From: Octopus vulgaris | Taxonomy: Eukaryota | Direction of reading: 5' to 3' | NCBI GenBank assembly: GCA_951406725.2 | Contig: OX597817.1 | Coordinates: 72,292,001 to 72,356,000, forward strand | Length of the DNA stretch: 64,000 nucleotides | Shown here: piece after piece, positions 51,290 to 64,000 of the stretch | Layout: every line of letters begins with the position of its first letter | Numbering within the stretch: position 1 is the first letter of the stretch | The notes under the pieces: model-generated | What the model was told of the DNA's origin: nothing | The model's database searches: none | The model's input: the letters and a program-made list of their open reading frames with translations, nothing else | Translations under genes and position numbers: made by a program

Positions 51290-52418
51290 GTTTAGACCCA
51301 TCTTTCATTTGTCCCATGGTGGGTAAAATATTGTGCGTCAAGTTGTTTCACTTCTAGTGTTTGGTGTAGAGAAATATATCTCCCTAAATATATTGAGATC
51401 TCATTGGCATGTTGTTCTGGCTGTACTAATGCGTAACTAGCCAGAAACTCATGCCAAGGAGATCACAGTAAATGTTCCTGCTGAGTAAAGATTCGAACTA
51501 AACCCATCTTCCTTTTCCTTCATCAACTATAAACACAACAAACACTGCGGATTTCTTGACGCAGATCCAGTGAGAATGATATTGTTACTGTGTATGACAT
51601 CAGGTATACCAAACGGTGAATGTACTTTAATCGACATACTAATAAACATATACCTACAGTCCAAGTAGTTACATATATGCATATATATATATATATATAT
51701 GCGCGCACACGCGCACACACACGTATATGAATAAAGTTATCCTTGTATGTATATATGTATGTCTGAATCATATGTGATATATACAATGTATATAAACAGG
51801 TATTATTACGCTGTATTACATAAACAACAATTTCTTTTTTTCTCCGAATACTGAATAGTTGTAATAGCTACCTTTCTCACAACTGTTGAAAGAGGAAAAA
51901 CTATACATGAGCAGTCCTCTCATACATTTTTCCATACTATTTTTTCTTTTACCTGAAATGAAGGTCACATGTTTTTGTTATATTTTCATTTTATTTTCCT
52001 TTTTTTGTTGTTATCATGTTGTTATCCGCAAAAAAAAGTCGTCGGTGTAGTTTTTCCTTATATCTGGTTAGTGGACCATAAACAATTCGATCAATATTGT
52101 TTCTGTGCGTGTGTATGTATGTGAGTGTGTATATGTATATGTGTGCATGCGTGCGTGCGTGCGTGTATGCGTGCGTGCATGATCGTTTGCGGGCGTGCGT
52201 CATGTGTGCATGAAACAGCAGTCCAGTCTCCTTCAAATCATACCCTACTAGTTCTTTCAATATTCATTAAAACGAAAATGGGAAAACACATTGGACAATG
52301 CAGTACAAGATATACACAACTATGAGGTAGTCATGGCTGGAATGTTTTTGTTCAGCGATGATCTGGAATTTAACAATAACAGTAATTTGATAGTATCGCA
52401 CGGCACATTCTCTGTGTG

Positions 52419-52522
<104 letters not shown>

Positions 52523-52919
52523 TGCTGTACATATCATTTCACTTCAAATACTTGTTTTATACGTATCTTTATATGTATATTTACCTTTACATGTATCTAC
52601 GTCTTTGCATGTGTAAATGTCTGTCTTCCCTCTTTATTGTTCTTTCTCCATATATGTGCGTCCGCGTGTGTGTATGAATGTATATACATGTGTATGTATA
52701 TACGTATGTATGTATGTACATGTGTCTGTATACATAGTGCTATTAGTAACCTGTAACCCAGTACAGCTAACCGAAGGTCGGGCTCTCAGTAACTAAGCCG
52801 ACACCCTTAACGCCTAAATGGTAAGGGGGTAGTTTTCCGTTGGACACCCTGCGCACGAAAAGCAAAACCTATCAAAGGATAAATACCCTCAGTAAAGTCA
52901 ATGGCCACCCAACAGCTTA

Positions 52920-53134
52920 CGACAGGGTACTGAAAAGTTCCTGGCTTTAAAGGTATAACGAAAGGCCTGGTTAGAGGTTCAAATTTCCAAGTTCTTTTAC
53001 AGGGCATAGAAAAACTGAATGACCGCTACAATATGTGTGTGAATCTGAGAGCGGTATATGGTCAATAACATCACAAGTAACTGATCCTCCTTATTTTATT
53101 TCACCCAAGTCAGGAACTTTTCAGCACCCTCTCG
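52920..53134 (+). mobile_element. mariner-derived MITE
   Basis: TIRs cgacagggtactgaaaagttcctg / caggaacttttcagcaccctctcg; transposase tail GIEKLNDRYNMCVNL; partial copy at 17990-18113. Confidence 0.8.
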
Positions 53135-53589
53135 TGGAGCTAGTAACCCCAAGTCCTTGTTTAGATATTTCTGGAAGACAACGGTAATTCCAAAATAAGA
53201 AACATCCAGTGCATTGCAAAGCCGTAGATCTTTCTCTTGCTTGTTTCTGGATTATTCTTTTCTACTCAAGGCACAAGGCCCGAAATTTTGGGGAGATGGA
53301 GCCAGTCGATTAGAAGGACCCCAGTACGCAACTGGTACTTAATTTAATGGCTTTGTAAGTGAGTCTTAGCAGCGTTGTGGAAGCTGTTATCGACTTCAAC
53401 TTTCAGCACGGGCATTGCCGACTGCCATTTTCTTTAATGTATAGCCTATGAAAATTTGATAGTGATGGTCATATTCGTCTACGAGTTGATAGCTACCATG
53501 TATGTATGCACGCATGCAGGTATATATGTGTGTGTGCGTGTGTGATGTAAGTATGTGCTTCTCCTTTCCAACCTCCATCTTCACTCTCT

Positions 53590-54870
53590 CCCGATGCTCC
53601 TGGCACTTGAATGTCCATACTCCTCCTAGTTGTTGTTTACCTTCCCTTCTGCATACTTCTTACCCCAATTGTTCTCTCTTCTGCAACCCTCCCCTTTGCC
53701 ACCTCTGCACCCTCTATCTGCATCCCCTCCAACTTGCCCTTTTTTTCCTTCTGTGGGCCTTCTGGAGGCGACAATGCATTTTCCTTCCTCTCCCCCTCTC
53801 CTTCCGACTGGGTGTTTCGCCTCCGCCACCTCCACCTCCTCAACCTGACCTTGCGCCAACACACCCTGCTCCACCTCCCTCTCCTGATGCTCCTGTTCCA
53901 CCTTTTGCTTCCGAGGACACCCCGCCTGCATGTGACCCCGCACTCCACAGTGGCAGCAGATGGGAGTTCCTCCCTCCACCACCACTCGTAGTTCGACGTC
54001 CTCCGGCAACACAATCTCATCCATAACCCTATGAAGGCTCGGGACGCTAACCTAGACTGTCTCCTCAAGGCCGCACCCAAACCAGCTCACTTCCACCTTC
54101 CTCATGATCCCCAGGACATTAGACTCCTCCTCGGCGCTGAAGAGGACTGCTGCCACCAGCCACGCTTCCTCCATCTCTGGGGGCACCCCGCCCATCCCAA
54201 TTCCGGCCGCACGCTTGCTGCAATAGGTCGGCAGCAGCGCCTACTCAGCCGACCTCAGTGGCACAGTGGAGCACTTTATTGCGTCTTCTTCGGTCGCAAA
54301 CCGTACCTCCACTGTGCCGTACCTCTTGCTTCTAGTGCAGCAGGTAACAAGGTGCTTCACCACTTTGAGGCACTCCTCCATCTCTTCAGTGCTTGCCAAT
54401 TCAATCCATCTGCTGCTGCTCGACAGTGTTTCAGAAACAAATGTTCTCCTTGCTGCTTCTTCCAACATTTCCTTTGGAGGGGCCAGTCTCAGGCCGTTTC
54501 CCTCCTTAGCAATTAATTCATTCGCCTTTTCAAGCCTTCTCTCGTCAAACCTTACCTCTCTGACCTGCAAAGCACCGCTATTTGCACCCTCTCCCGTCGC
54601 CGTAGCACAGTCAACGGCTGGTTGAGTGTCCACAGCTTCGTCGGCTAACACAAAAATTTTCAGAAACTCTCTTCACAAATTCACAATTCAACAAATAATT
54701 TGTAGAAACTCTCCACCCCGATGGGCGAAAACTACCGTCTTCCACAGGATAACAGTTCAAATCACAATAAAATCTTTAATACAAATATAACAAAACTCAC
54801 AACAATACAACAGGAAACGAACTCACACACCGCAGGTAATAACTGAAAACAACTCCGTGTCATAGACGAA
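53590..54870 (-). mobile_element. Gag/ORF1-only remnant 1 (L1-Tx1-like, RRM-like region + CCHC knuckle)
   Basis: TRSKRYGTVEVRFATEEDA...LRVVVEGGTPICCHCGVRGHMQAGCP, in frame across two stop codons. Confidence 0.7.
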
Positions 54871-55411
54871 AAAGGCAGCTTAATTCTTTATTACAGACAC
54901 AAGGCCTAATTACAGAGTGGACATACAAAGACATGCGGGAACAAAAAACACATGAAAGGATGAATGTGAAATGAATAAAATTACAATGCAAATGAGACGG
55001 CCATCTCGCCCGCGCTGCGAGATGAAACCGTCGATTCCTTTTTCTTTAAAGCTTTACATTTTACATAACGACTTACGGACGTGTTTATGCTTTCCCATCA
55101 GATATAAACCCACTGGGGCCCGAGGTGAATGTCCAACCCAGCGCTCCAGTGGTGAACTATGGGGAAATTAAAAACTATATAGAGTGGTAAGTAGAGTTTT
55201 ATTTTGAACAGAACTTTTGAAAAATGTTGAAATAATTTTCAAAAGAACTGTTGAAATAATTTAAATAACTTAACCACCCAGGAGCAGGGCTGGGGTGGCC
55301 GTTCCATCTTCATTGCATAATTTCACTATTCCATTCTTTCATGTGTTGATTGTCCCCGCATGTGTGTATTATCTCATCTATGTTTAGCTCCTTGTGGGTA
55401 ATAAAGAAATA

Positions 55412-56350
55412 CTTCTTCATTTCCACTGCCGTCGGTGACTTCTTTCTCTCTCTTTTCCTGGGTTTCACCTCCGCAAAATTCCAGTCATGTTCTGTTTTCT
55501 GTTTCTGCTTTATTTCTACCATTATATCTTCCTGAAAACTCTCCTCTACCATTTCCACTGCTGCTCTAGGGCATTTCCTTCTCAAGTGCCCTCTTTTACC
55601 ACACCCATAACACTTTGGGGGTCTCCCCTCCAACATTATTTCCAGTTTTTCTCCATTTGGTAATTCCAGAGTTTCCGCCATTTCGTCGTAATATTCCGGG
55701 CTCACTGCGCAGATTATTTCAGACCATAACCCACTCATTTCACTTGTGTTCGGCTTATCATTCCGATTCTCAGGTCTTCTCCATTGTTCCTCAGCTCTAA
55801 ATTAATAGTTGCGACCATCACCCATTCTGGGTCTATCGACGGTGAGATTCTTCTCGCCCTAATCTTAACGATTCTTTTGCCCAAAAAGTTGGACATCAAC
55901 GTCCATTTTTCTCCCTGTATCAGCCTGTTGTCGGTTTTTTTCGCCTCTTCTTCTGATACAAAGGTTACTACTATAGTCGCAAATTTCTTTCCTCTTGTAA
56001 AGAACGTTATCCTTTCTCCTATTTGTCCCTCCAAGATTTCCTCTATCTCTTCTTGCCGCGCGTGTTTTTATTTTCCTATTTACATTAGAAAATGTTCTGA
56101 ATATGCCCGTCTTGTTTTCCATTTTTCTTTTTTCCTCCTCTGGCAGGGTCATTTTTATATTTGATCCTTCTTTCTTTATCATACCATAATATTTGGTTAT
56201 CTTCTCCTCATTCCACTCCATCATCTCCGGCTTCAGCGCATGTGGGTCTAGGGGAATTCAACCTCCAGTAGCGTCCGCATAACTTTTCATTTTTCAATAA
56301 TTCTCTACCACCCAACGATGGTGGCTTCGCACAAAAATTCCGCTTAGGTT
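55412..56350 (-). mobile_element. Gag/ORF1-only remnant 2, divergent relative of remnant 1
   Basis: KSYADA, TRGKKFATIVVTFVSEEEA...LEIMLEGRPPKCYGCGKRGHLRRKCP. Confidence 0.7.
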
Positions 56351-56816
56351 TCTCCAAAGACTACAAAAAGGCGTCGCCTTGGTAGTTGTCAATGCTTATT
56401 CGCCTTTGAAAACTTATAGAATTTCAAGTGAAATAAATTCACTGATCTACAAAATTAGAAATAGTGCATTTCTAAATCTCTCAGAGAGACTTATACAGCA
56501 GCAGCACGATAAAGTGATGGTTTGTTGCCAAATTAATATGGCAGTCCCAGGAAAGAGAAGAATGCTACTGCTATTTAACCCCAGGAAACATTGTTACCAG
56601 TTGGCTGTGTCCTGATATCTATGCAATTACTGCTGTAATCAATATTTTATTATAAATTAAATGGGCAAATCCACCCGCATAGGTTGTGTTTGCAATTTTA
56701 GTTGTATTTATGCCATTTTCATTCAGCATGCGGTTTCTTTGCACGGAAATGCAAGCATCGTCTTGTGATTAAAAAGCGTAACTTTGAATCGAGGGAAGTA
56801 GAAAGAAAGCAAAGGG

Positions 56817-56897
<81 letters not shown>

Positions 56898-58191
56898 GCG
56901 GGGTAGTTTTATGTTTTGCTTAATATTGCAGAGACAGTGAAACAAAACACTACAGAAGAGGAAACAGCTATACGTACATGACAGAAACTTGTCAAAGGAA
57001 TCTTAAAATAATAATATATATAAATAAAGGTATGTGTGTGCATGTATCGTTATATCTATGATTATCCCCTCCACACCTTTTGTCAACCAGTGTTAGGTTG
57101 TTTGATACCCAGTAAATTAGCTGTGCGGCAATAGAGGCCGATAGAATAAGTATTAGATTTAACAACAAATATAACTACAAGGATTGATTTGTTCGACTAA
57201 TATGAAAATCTTGTGTGGTGACGCACCTGCATGGCCACAGTCTAACGACTGAAACAAGTAGAAGAAGATAAAGAAGATTATGTTACACAAAATGGTGTCA
57301 AATCAATAATAAGTATGCATTGAACTACCAGTTGCTACCGAGAGCAATGTTTCTATCCTTTAAAGAGTTTGGCCGCTAAATTAAAACAAGTTTTTGTTTT
57401 AACTAAGTATATTTTAAGAAATGTCAATTAGGACGCTCTACATGTAGTGTAATTAGAAAAACAAATACTTGTACGAAAAAATAGGCGAAGAGGAAGCGTT
57501 TCTGTTATTAGGTGTGTGAAAAACTAAGGTGAGTAACGTGAGGTAATTGCTTTTGATCTAAAGACAATTATGCTTAAAGAAAATTTTACAATTACAAATA
57601 CGACTACAACGGAAGCGGATAGATTTCAAAGATATTCCTGCAAATAAAATCTTAGACATGTTAAAATGTATAAAGAGGTAAACATAGCAGACGTTTTTAT
57701 AATAATAATTACAAAATATATTAGGAAAATACACACACGTGTGTGAAATTAACTGACAAAAGAATAGGAAATTGTGCAATGAGCTGCAGTAGCTTAGGTG
57801 TACGCTAATAAAGTCAACTGTATAATTTATTGTTCCTTTGTCATTTGTTTAATTACATATTACGCTCTATACTCAACAGAATCTTTATTTTAAAGTAAAT
57901 GTATATTGTATTCTAGCACCAGATTATCCGTATCAATATGCCTAAACGAAACATTAATATATATATATATATATATTATCTATATATATATATATATATA
58001 TTCAATTACAGGTTAAATTAGCCTCATTAAGGGATGGTGACAAACAATGAATTACTGATTCAATACGTAATATTTATTGTGAATGATAATATTCATAAAA
58101 CAATAGGTTTATGATCATTCAAAGGAAAGTTTAAAAATGGAGATATACCATTTAACAAAAATCTATTATCTGCAAAAAATCAAACATAGTT

Positions 58192-58272
58192 CCTTACAGC
58201 TCTTTCAAATCAGCCGAAAAGATGAAATAGAAATTATTAAAATCATTGTATTAGGCGAAATTCCTTCAGAGG
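58192..58272 (-). ncRNA. Degenerate hammerhead-like motif with long stem II insert
   Basis: CCT CTGAAGG AATTT..(~45 nt)..ATTT GAAA GAGCTGT A AGG. Confidence 0.4.
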
Positions 58273-58997
58273 GGTAGAAAAAGGATGTACCGTTAGGTTT
58301 TAAATTTGTTGTCTTTTAGAATCGTCGCAGCAGACTGAGTATTATTTTATGGCTAATATTGGTATATGTTCGGATATAGGTTGTTTTAGTGGGTAATGGA
58401 TAATATATGAATTTAATCACGGTAATAATGGGTAAATAAATAGAGGATGAATAATAAATTACAGTGAAGAAGAGTAACATATGATAGAGGGGATAAAATA
58501 AATGCTTAGGTAAGTAGGTTATAAAGCTGAGGAAAAATTATATAAAAAATAATACATAAACATATATTATTACCGGTCAAAAAGCATTTACATATACATA
58601 TATATACGTATGCATAGATATACTCATCTAAATATATTTATATGTATATACATATAAACATACACACGAACGCACTGACATATATATACATACACAAACA
58701 ATAGATTCAAATAAGTATGAACATATACACACATACATGAAGATACATGTATGTGCACCAATTCACGTAAATGAATACATATAAGGAGCCATACATATAT
58801 ATATGTATATACATACACACACACATCTATATGTTCATATATACACGCGTACTCACGCAACCACGAACACACACACACATACGCCAACACTTATGCACAA
58901 CGCACATTTTGTCCGTATAAAGCATGTCTACCCCTATATACATGCACATATGAGAGAGTGTGTGTGAGTGTGTGAGTGTGTCTGTGTATGTGTGTGT

Positions 58998-59060
<63 letters not shown>

Positions 59061-59531
59061 AATTGCCTCAGATGAGGGAACAAGTACGCAAACATGAATA
59101 ATACTGAAAAATTGTACACTCACCCCTAAAATATGTTGGTACGGATCACGTAAACTCAAACAGAAACAAATTTGATTAGTTAATTATTGTTTTTAAATAT
59201 TTTTTTTAAATGATCGTGTGATAGTAAGTAGGAATATATTCTTACATGTAGATAAGTTTTTTTCTCTTTTTTATAAACAAATTACCTATGTATTTTAATT
59301 TATCACCTCATTCATATTGCCTCTTATTAATATTATAATCTAATCTTCAATCTCTATTTATTTACCCTTCCTTACCCTAATTATATTTGTATAATATATC
59401 TTACCCTTTACAAACCTGTTACCTCCACCCTGCCTAGACATATACCATTACTAATCATAAACATTATTATCCAGTCTGCCGTGATGATTCAAATAACTAA
59501 TACATAATATTTCTAAGGGTATATTCTTTCC

Positions 59532-59611
59532 TTCTCTGAAGAAATTAAGCTCAGAAATATGATTTAAATATTTTTTAATGACACAGTGCCAAATTGAAAC
59601 AGCAGTAAGAG
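59532..59611 (+). ncRNA. Hammerhead-like motif with long stem II insert
   Basis: TTCT CTGAAGA AATT..(~45 nt)..AATT GAAA CAGCAGT A AGAG. Confidence 0.5.
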
Positions 59612-59674
59612 ATAATGATCGTTTTTTGCTGATAATAAACTCCTATTAACTTCAATATTTCCATTTTCTCATTC

Positions 59675-59790
<116 letters not shown>

Positions 59791-59799
59791 GGTAGATGT

Positions 59800-60010
59800 T
59801 ACGACGTTACGACACTAAACTAATCGCTTCACCGAACACCTGCGGGGTATCTGATTTCGTAATAACTCTTTCGTCGCACGCCATTTCTGTTCTGCTGAAC
59901 ACTTTGTCTGGAATCTCTGTGACTGGTGTAGCTCTACACACCAATTCCCCCAGACACTATATCATCACAGCAAACAGGAGCGTCTTCTCACTCTACAAAC
60001 TTCTACAGAC
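59800..60010 (+). mobile_element. PLE GIY-YIG C-terminal remnant
   Basis: NRFTEHLRGI*FRNNSFVARHFCSAEH...ISVTG. Confidence 0.6.
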
Positions 60011-60448
60011 AGTGAACTCCACCGTTATAGTTTCCTTTAATGATCCTGAACTATTTCAAGAAAAAGTCCCCTTCTCAAACACCCAACACACTAATTCATT
60101 AATTTCTTTCTTGTATTTGAAAAGAGTAAATATAGAGAATGTTTATTTCTGAATTCAATTCGGGATCGATATGCTAATAAAAGCAAAAATTAATGAATTC
60201 TTAAAGCGTAAAAAGTTGCTGTTCGTCATTGTGTTTAGAAAATAATAACAACCAAAATTCAAAATTCATGACGCTTTTCATAACATTTTGATGGAGTATC
60301 GATAATGGATGGATGTAATTGCCTAAAATTACCACAATCTTGTAACTTTTTATCATTAATTCCACAAAAATTGTGAATTTCGTAATTGCCACCCATAAAA
60401 TGTGTTAAAATGTTCAATAAAATCGAACATTGCGCGTCAGATTTGTGT

Positions 60449-60485
<37 letters not shown>

Positions 60486-60589
60486 CGCGCGCGCGTGAAT
60501 GTGTGTGTATACGTCTATGCACGTATACATGTATGTATATATATATATACATAAAATTTTTTTTGAGAATGAGATTAAAAACCAAGGCT

Positions 60590-61400
60590 ATGAAGATTTT
60601 AGAACATTTATAAATAGAAGGTCGTATAGCTGTTTCCAGGATATTTATTATATCCCTTCATCGGAGACGGTGTGAGAAAATGGTTAAGCAATAGTTAATT
60701 TGAATAAGATGCGAAATAGAGAGTGAAGTGGAGGAATGAAAATAGATGTGAGATATGCAGGGATACTGCGTTTGTAGATCTATTATTTAGGCAGAATGAT
60801 ATACATATAAGATTCTAATATCTTCTGAGTAAAATTCAATGGTATTTAAAATTGCTCATTCCAAGTATAGAGTTTGTACACAGTGCTATTGAATCAAGGG
60901 TTTTATTTAAAGTGACCTAAAAGTAGGGAATGTATTTGTAAGGTCAAATCGAAAACAGGAAGAGAGGAATAAAGAAAAAGAAAGAAATAAGAAAATCAAG
61001 GAGAGAGATAATAAGGAAAGTGTACCAGTTAGTGGTCAGTCAAGATAATTTGAAAGTAGGAATGGGGTGATGAGGGTGATACAGAGAGAAAGGTATTAGA
61101 GTGTAAAAGGATAGAAGGAATAGGGAGAGGTGTAAAAATAATGGAGTGTCAGTTATGTAGTGTACTATTTGTAAGGGTGGTAGAGAATGTGGTGGCGTTC
61201 CGGGTAGTGATAGTAGGATGGGTTGGGTTGTGGTTGTGGTCTAATGTAAGGGTATCTGTGCTGGAGCTGTATGATTGTTGAGTGTTCGTATGACTAGAGT
61301 TGTAGTTATGTGAGTTTTGATAGTAAAGAGAAAGCTTTTGCTTATTAGAGGCTGCTACAATAGATTCTAAGTTGGGTGAGGTAGAATATATATATACATA
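60590..61400 (-). mobile_element. Decayed PLE 3' region ending in a hammerhead-like motif (60621-60668)
   Basis: YSTSPNLESIVAASNKQKL thumb motif; GTCT CCGATGA AGGGATA-loop-TATCCTG GAAA CAGCTAT A CGAC. Confidence 0.6.
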
Positions 61401-61598
61401 CATACAGGAGGTGCAGATGAGGGCGGCTGCATCATACTCTCTCATGCACCAAAGTCAATAGCTAAAAAGCATTCGTGAAGTAAAATTATGTAGCAACACC
61501 AAATGGCGGTGCCCCAGCATGGCTACAGCTCGTGAGCTGAAACTAGATGAAATAAAAAATGAAATATGAAATATATACATGTTTATGTTGATAGATAA

Positions 61599-61675
<77 letters not shown>

Positions 61676-62469
61676 AAATGTAGGTAGGCAGATATATTTA
61701 CAGATATATATATATATATATATATGCATATATAGATACGTATAAATACAAATACATGTTTGTGTGTGTTGTGTGTGTGTGTGTGTGAATGTGTGTGTAT
61801 GTGTGTGAATGTGTGTGTATGTGTGTGTAAAACGTATTTAAGACGACCTTCAAATTAATACACTTAGAATTGTTACTTTTAACTTTCTTGTATGCACAAA
61901 ATAAATGTAACTATTAATATGAATATTAAACATACGTATCACACAGTAGCCCTTCAACACATTGACCTTCAACAGGATTTTTTCATGTTACCCAATGTGA
62001 ATTTCTAAACTTCCAGTTGTTATTGAGAACAGTTTGAGAAGAATTATTCAATCAAAAATTACATAATTAAAGCATGAAATTATAAAGGTAGTACTGAAAA
62101 TGATCACATTAGACGTTTTGTGTAAACTATAAGTGAATATAATGATTAACAAGAAAGGGTGTAAATAAAGCTGAGATAGAAAGTAGTTATATGTTGTGAT
62201 AAGGTGTACGAAAAAGAAAAATGTGGAAATGCACTATTGGTTCCTATTTTGAGTTCTCTGATCAGTTAATGAATATTGTGTACATTTATTACAAATAAAG
62301 ACATAGTAATACGTATGTTTGTAGCATGTATGTATGTATGTATGTATGTATGTATGTATGTATGTATGTATGTATGTATGTATGTATGTACGTACGTACG
62401 TATGTATGCAAATATGTATAGGTGTGTATGTATGTATGTATGTATGAGCATGTATGTATGTATGCATGC

Positions 62470-64000
62470 CATTATTCAGTTGTCTTCCAAGATTTCTTAC
62501 CAATTAAAAACGAGCCGGTTTCTGACCTAGATCCAAGGCTCCTTCATTAGAATTTCAACATCAACTACAGGGCATTTTTGTATGTATACGTGCAGATTTG
62601 TTTTATGTATGTATTCTCATGCATATACTTGCATATTTGGATATGCTGATATATGCTTAAATGATAAACTTCTGGAAAGTTTTACCGATTTTTACAGTTC
62701 CAGTGATGGCTTGGATCTGTAGACTTCGAATCAGCTTTCTCCTTTCTGGTTTTGAGAAGCCTAATTTCTCAAGATTGGTATTTAGTCAGTGTATTACATA
62801 TCCCAGTGTCCCAATAATTACAAGTATAAACCTGAACTCGTAACCTGGATAGAGTAACTACAGATTTCTCAATAGTTCAGCGTAGGTATTCCCTTTTTCA
62901 CTGATCTTCAACTCTATGTTAACATCCGCTGGGCAACTGATTTCCACAACTGTACACAGTTTCTCTTCTCTGTCCAAAATCATTATATCCGTACTATTGT
63001 GTTTACATTTTATTGAGGTTTTCACTGGGACAGTCCACAAGTCCTCTTTTTTTATTATGAGTGGCTCTGGCTTCCACTATACTGTGGGTTCTTATTTCTT
63101 TATTCGCGGGTTTATGCATTCGACTGATCACGTTGTACAGTGTCCTAGCCACATCACGTTTCATCGGTAGATAATATCGGGATGACATTTTCAGACAACT
63201 ATATATTATATGGGTGATACTTTCGGTGTTAACTCCACAAAGTCTGTATCGATTGTCACATTTTACTGTTTTTCCTGCATCTCTGTCCCTTTGTGCATCA
63301 GGTATTTAGTTGATATTTCCTGTTCATGAATTGCTAACGTTTACTCTTGAAAGTGAGAGACAGTAATCCGGTTCTTAATCCATGACAGAGTTGATGCAAT
63401 GTTTCTATCATCTCAGAGCTTTCTACTAACATATCCATGCATAGTCTTCTGCTCACATATGCTCGTCCTTTCATCTGATGATACATTGAGTTTGAGTCGT
63501 GTGACTTCTTTAGGCATATAATTAAGGCTATCAGACAAAGAATGCTGCGTTCCAAGGAGTTGCGTTCCAAGTCTTATGATGTTATCAGCATCATGCATGC
63601 AAACATGGTCAAGGGATGCACTTCGACACTTGGTTGTCAAAAGATGTTGCCGAAGATATTTGATACGACATTCAAAGGCATTTTGGATCGATGTTAAGCA
63701 TCTGCCGCCTTCTTTTCGTTTGAGGTAGAGGTGTATATGTTCCGGTTTATGTGGAAATTATGCATGCTTGTTAGTATTTTCCAGCTTTCACATCAATGGG
63801 TCGGATCTTATCAAGCATCTCAGATGTTGCTATGAGTACTGGCACTGCAAACACATTGTGAACCACTGTTTTATTGAATGCATAGAGTTCCTAGGTCCAA
63901 ATTTTCTCAATTCGGCTGTAATTTTCTTTAGCGACATGTGTTTTGTTACAGGTGCCATTGTAAGATGTGTTTTCTTCCACCCCTAGATACTTGTAACATT
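62470..64000 (-). mobile_element. R4/Dong-like (RLE) LINE 3' part with 3' UTR; runs off the window
   Basis: YKYLG, LYLKRKEGGRCL, SSRYYLPM, KCKHNSTDIMILDREEKLCTVVEISCPADVN, PIIIGTLG; 3' end joins (CATA)n. Confidence 0.9.

Overview
Repeat-dense, AT-rich animal genomic DNA, most likely a cephalopod such as Octopus (inferred from the SINE families and microsatellite load). It is almost entirely transposable elements and (TA)n/(CA)n/(TACA)n microsatellites, and most ORFs in the supplied track are microsatellite artefacts. Main observations: (1) a young array of three 362-bp units at 44222-45395, each folding into a long rod capped by a minimal type I hammerhead ribozyme with a U3-A8 core variant (retrozyme-like), with a Penelope-style 5' inversion; (2) a near-intact Neptune-type Penelope-like element (PLE) at 30759-37172 whose pLTRs carry the same hammerhead core variant, and whose upstream coiled-coil ORF appears joined to the ATG-less RT/GIY-YIG frame by a U-UUU-UUA -1 slippery site; (3) at least nine further hammerhead-like motifs from other families; (4) R4/Dong-like, RTE and CR1-type LINEs, Tc1/mariner, hAT, piggyBac and Helitron remnants, MITEs and two gag-only elements; (5) a few phase-compatible candidate exons of an unidentified minus-strand host gene. 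All calls are by eye, without searches or folding software.
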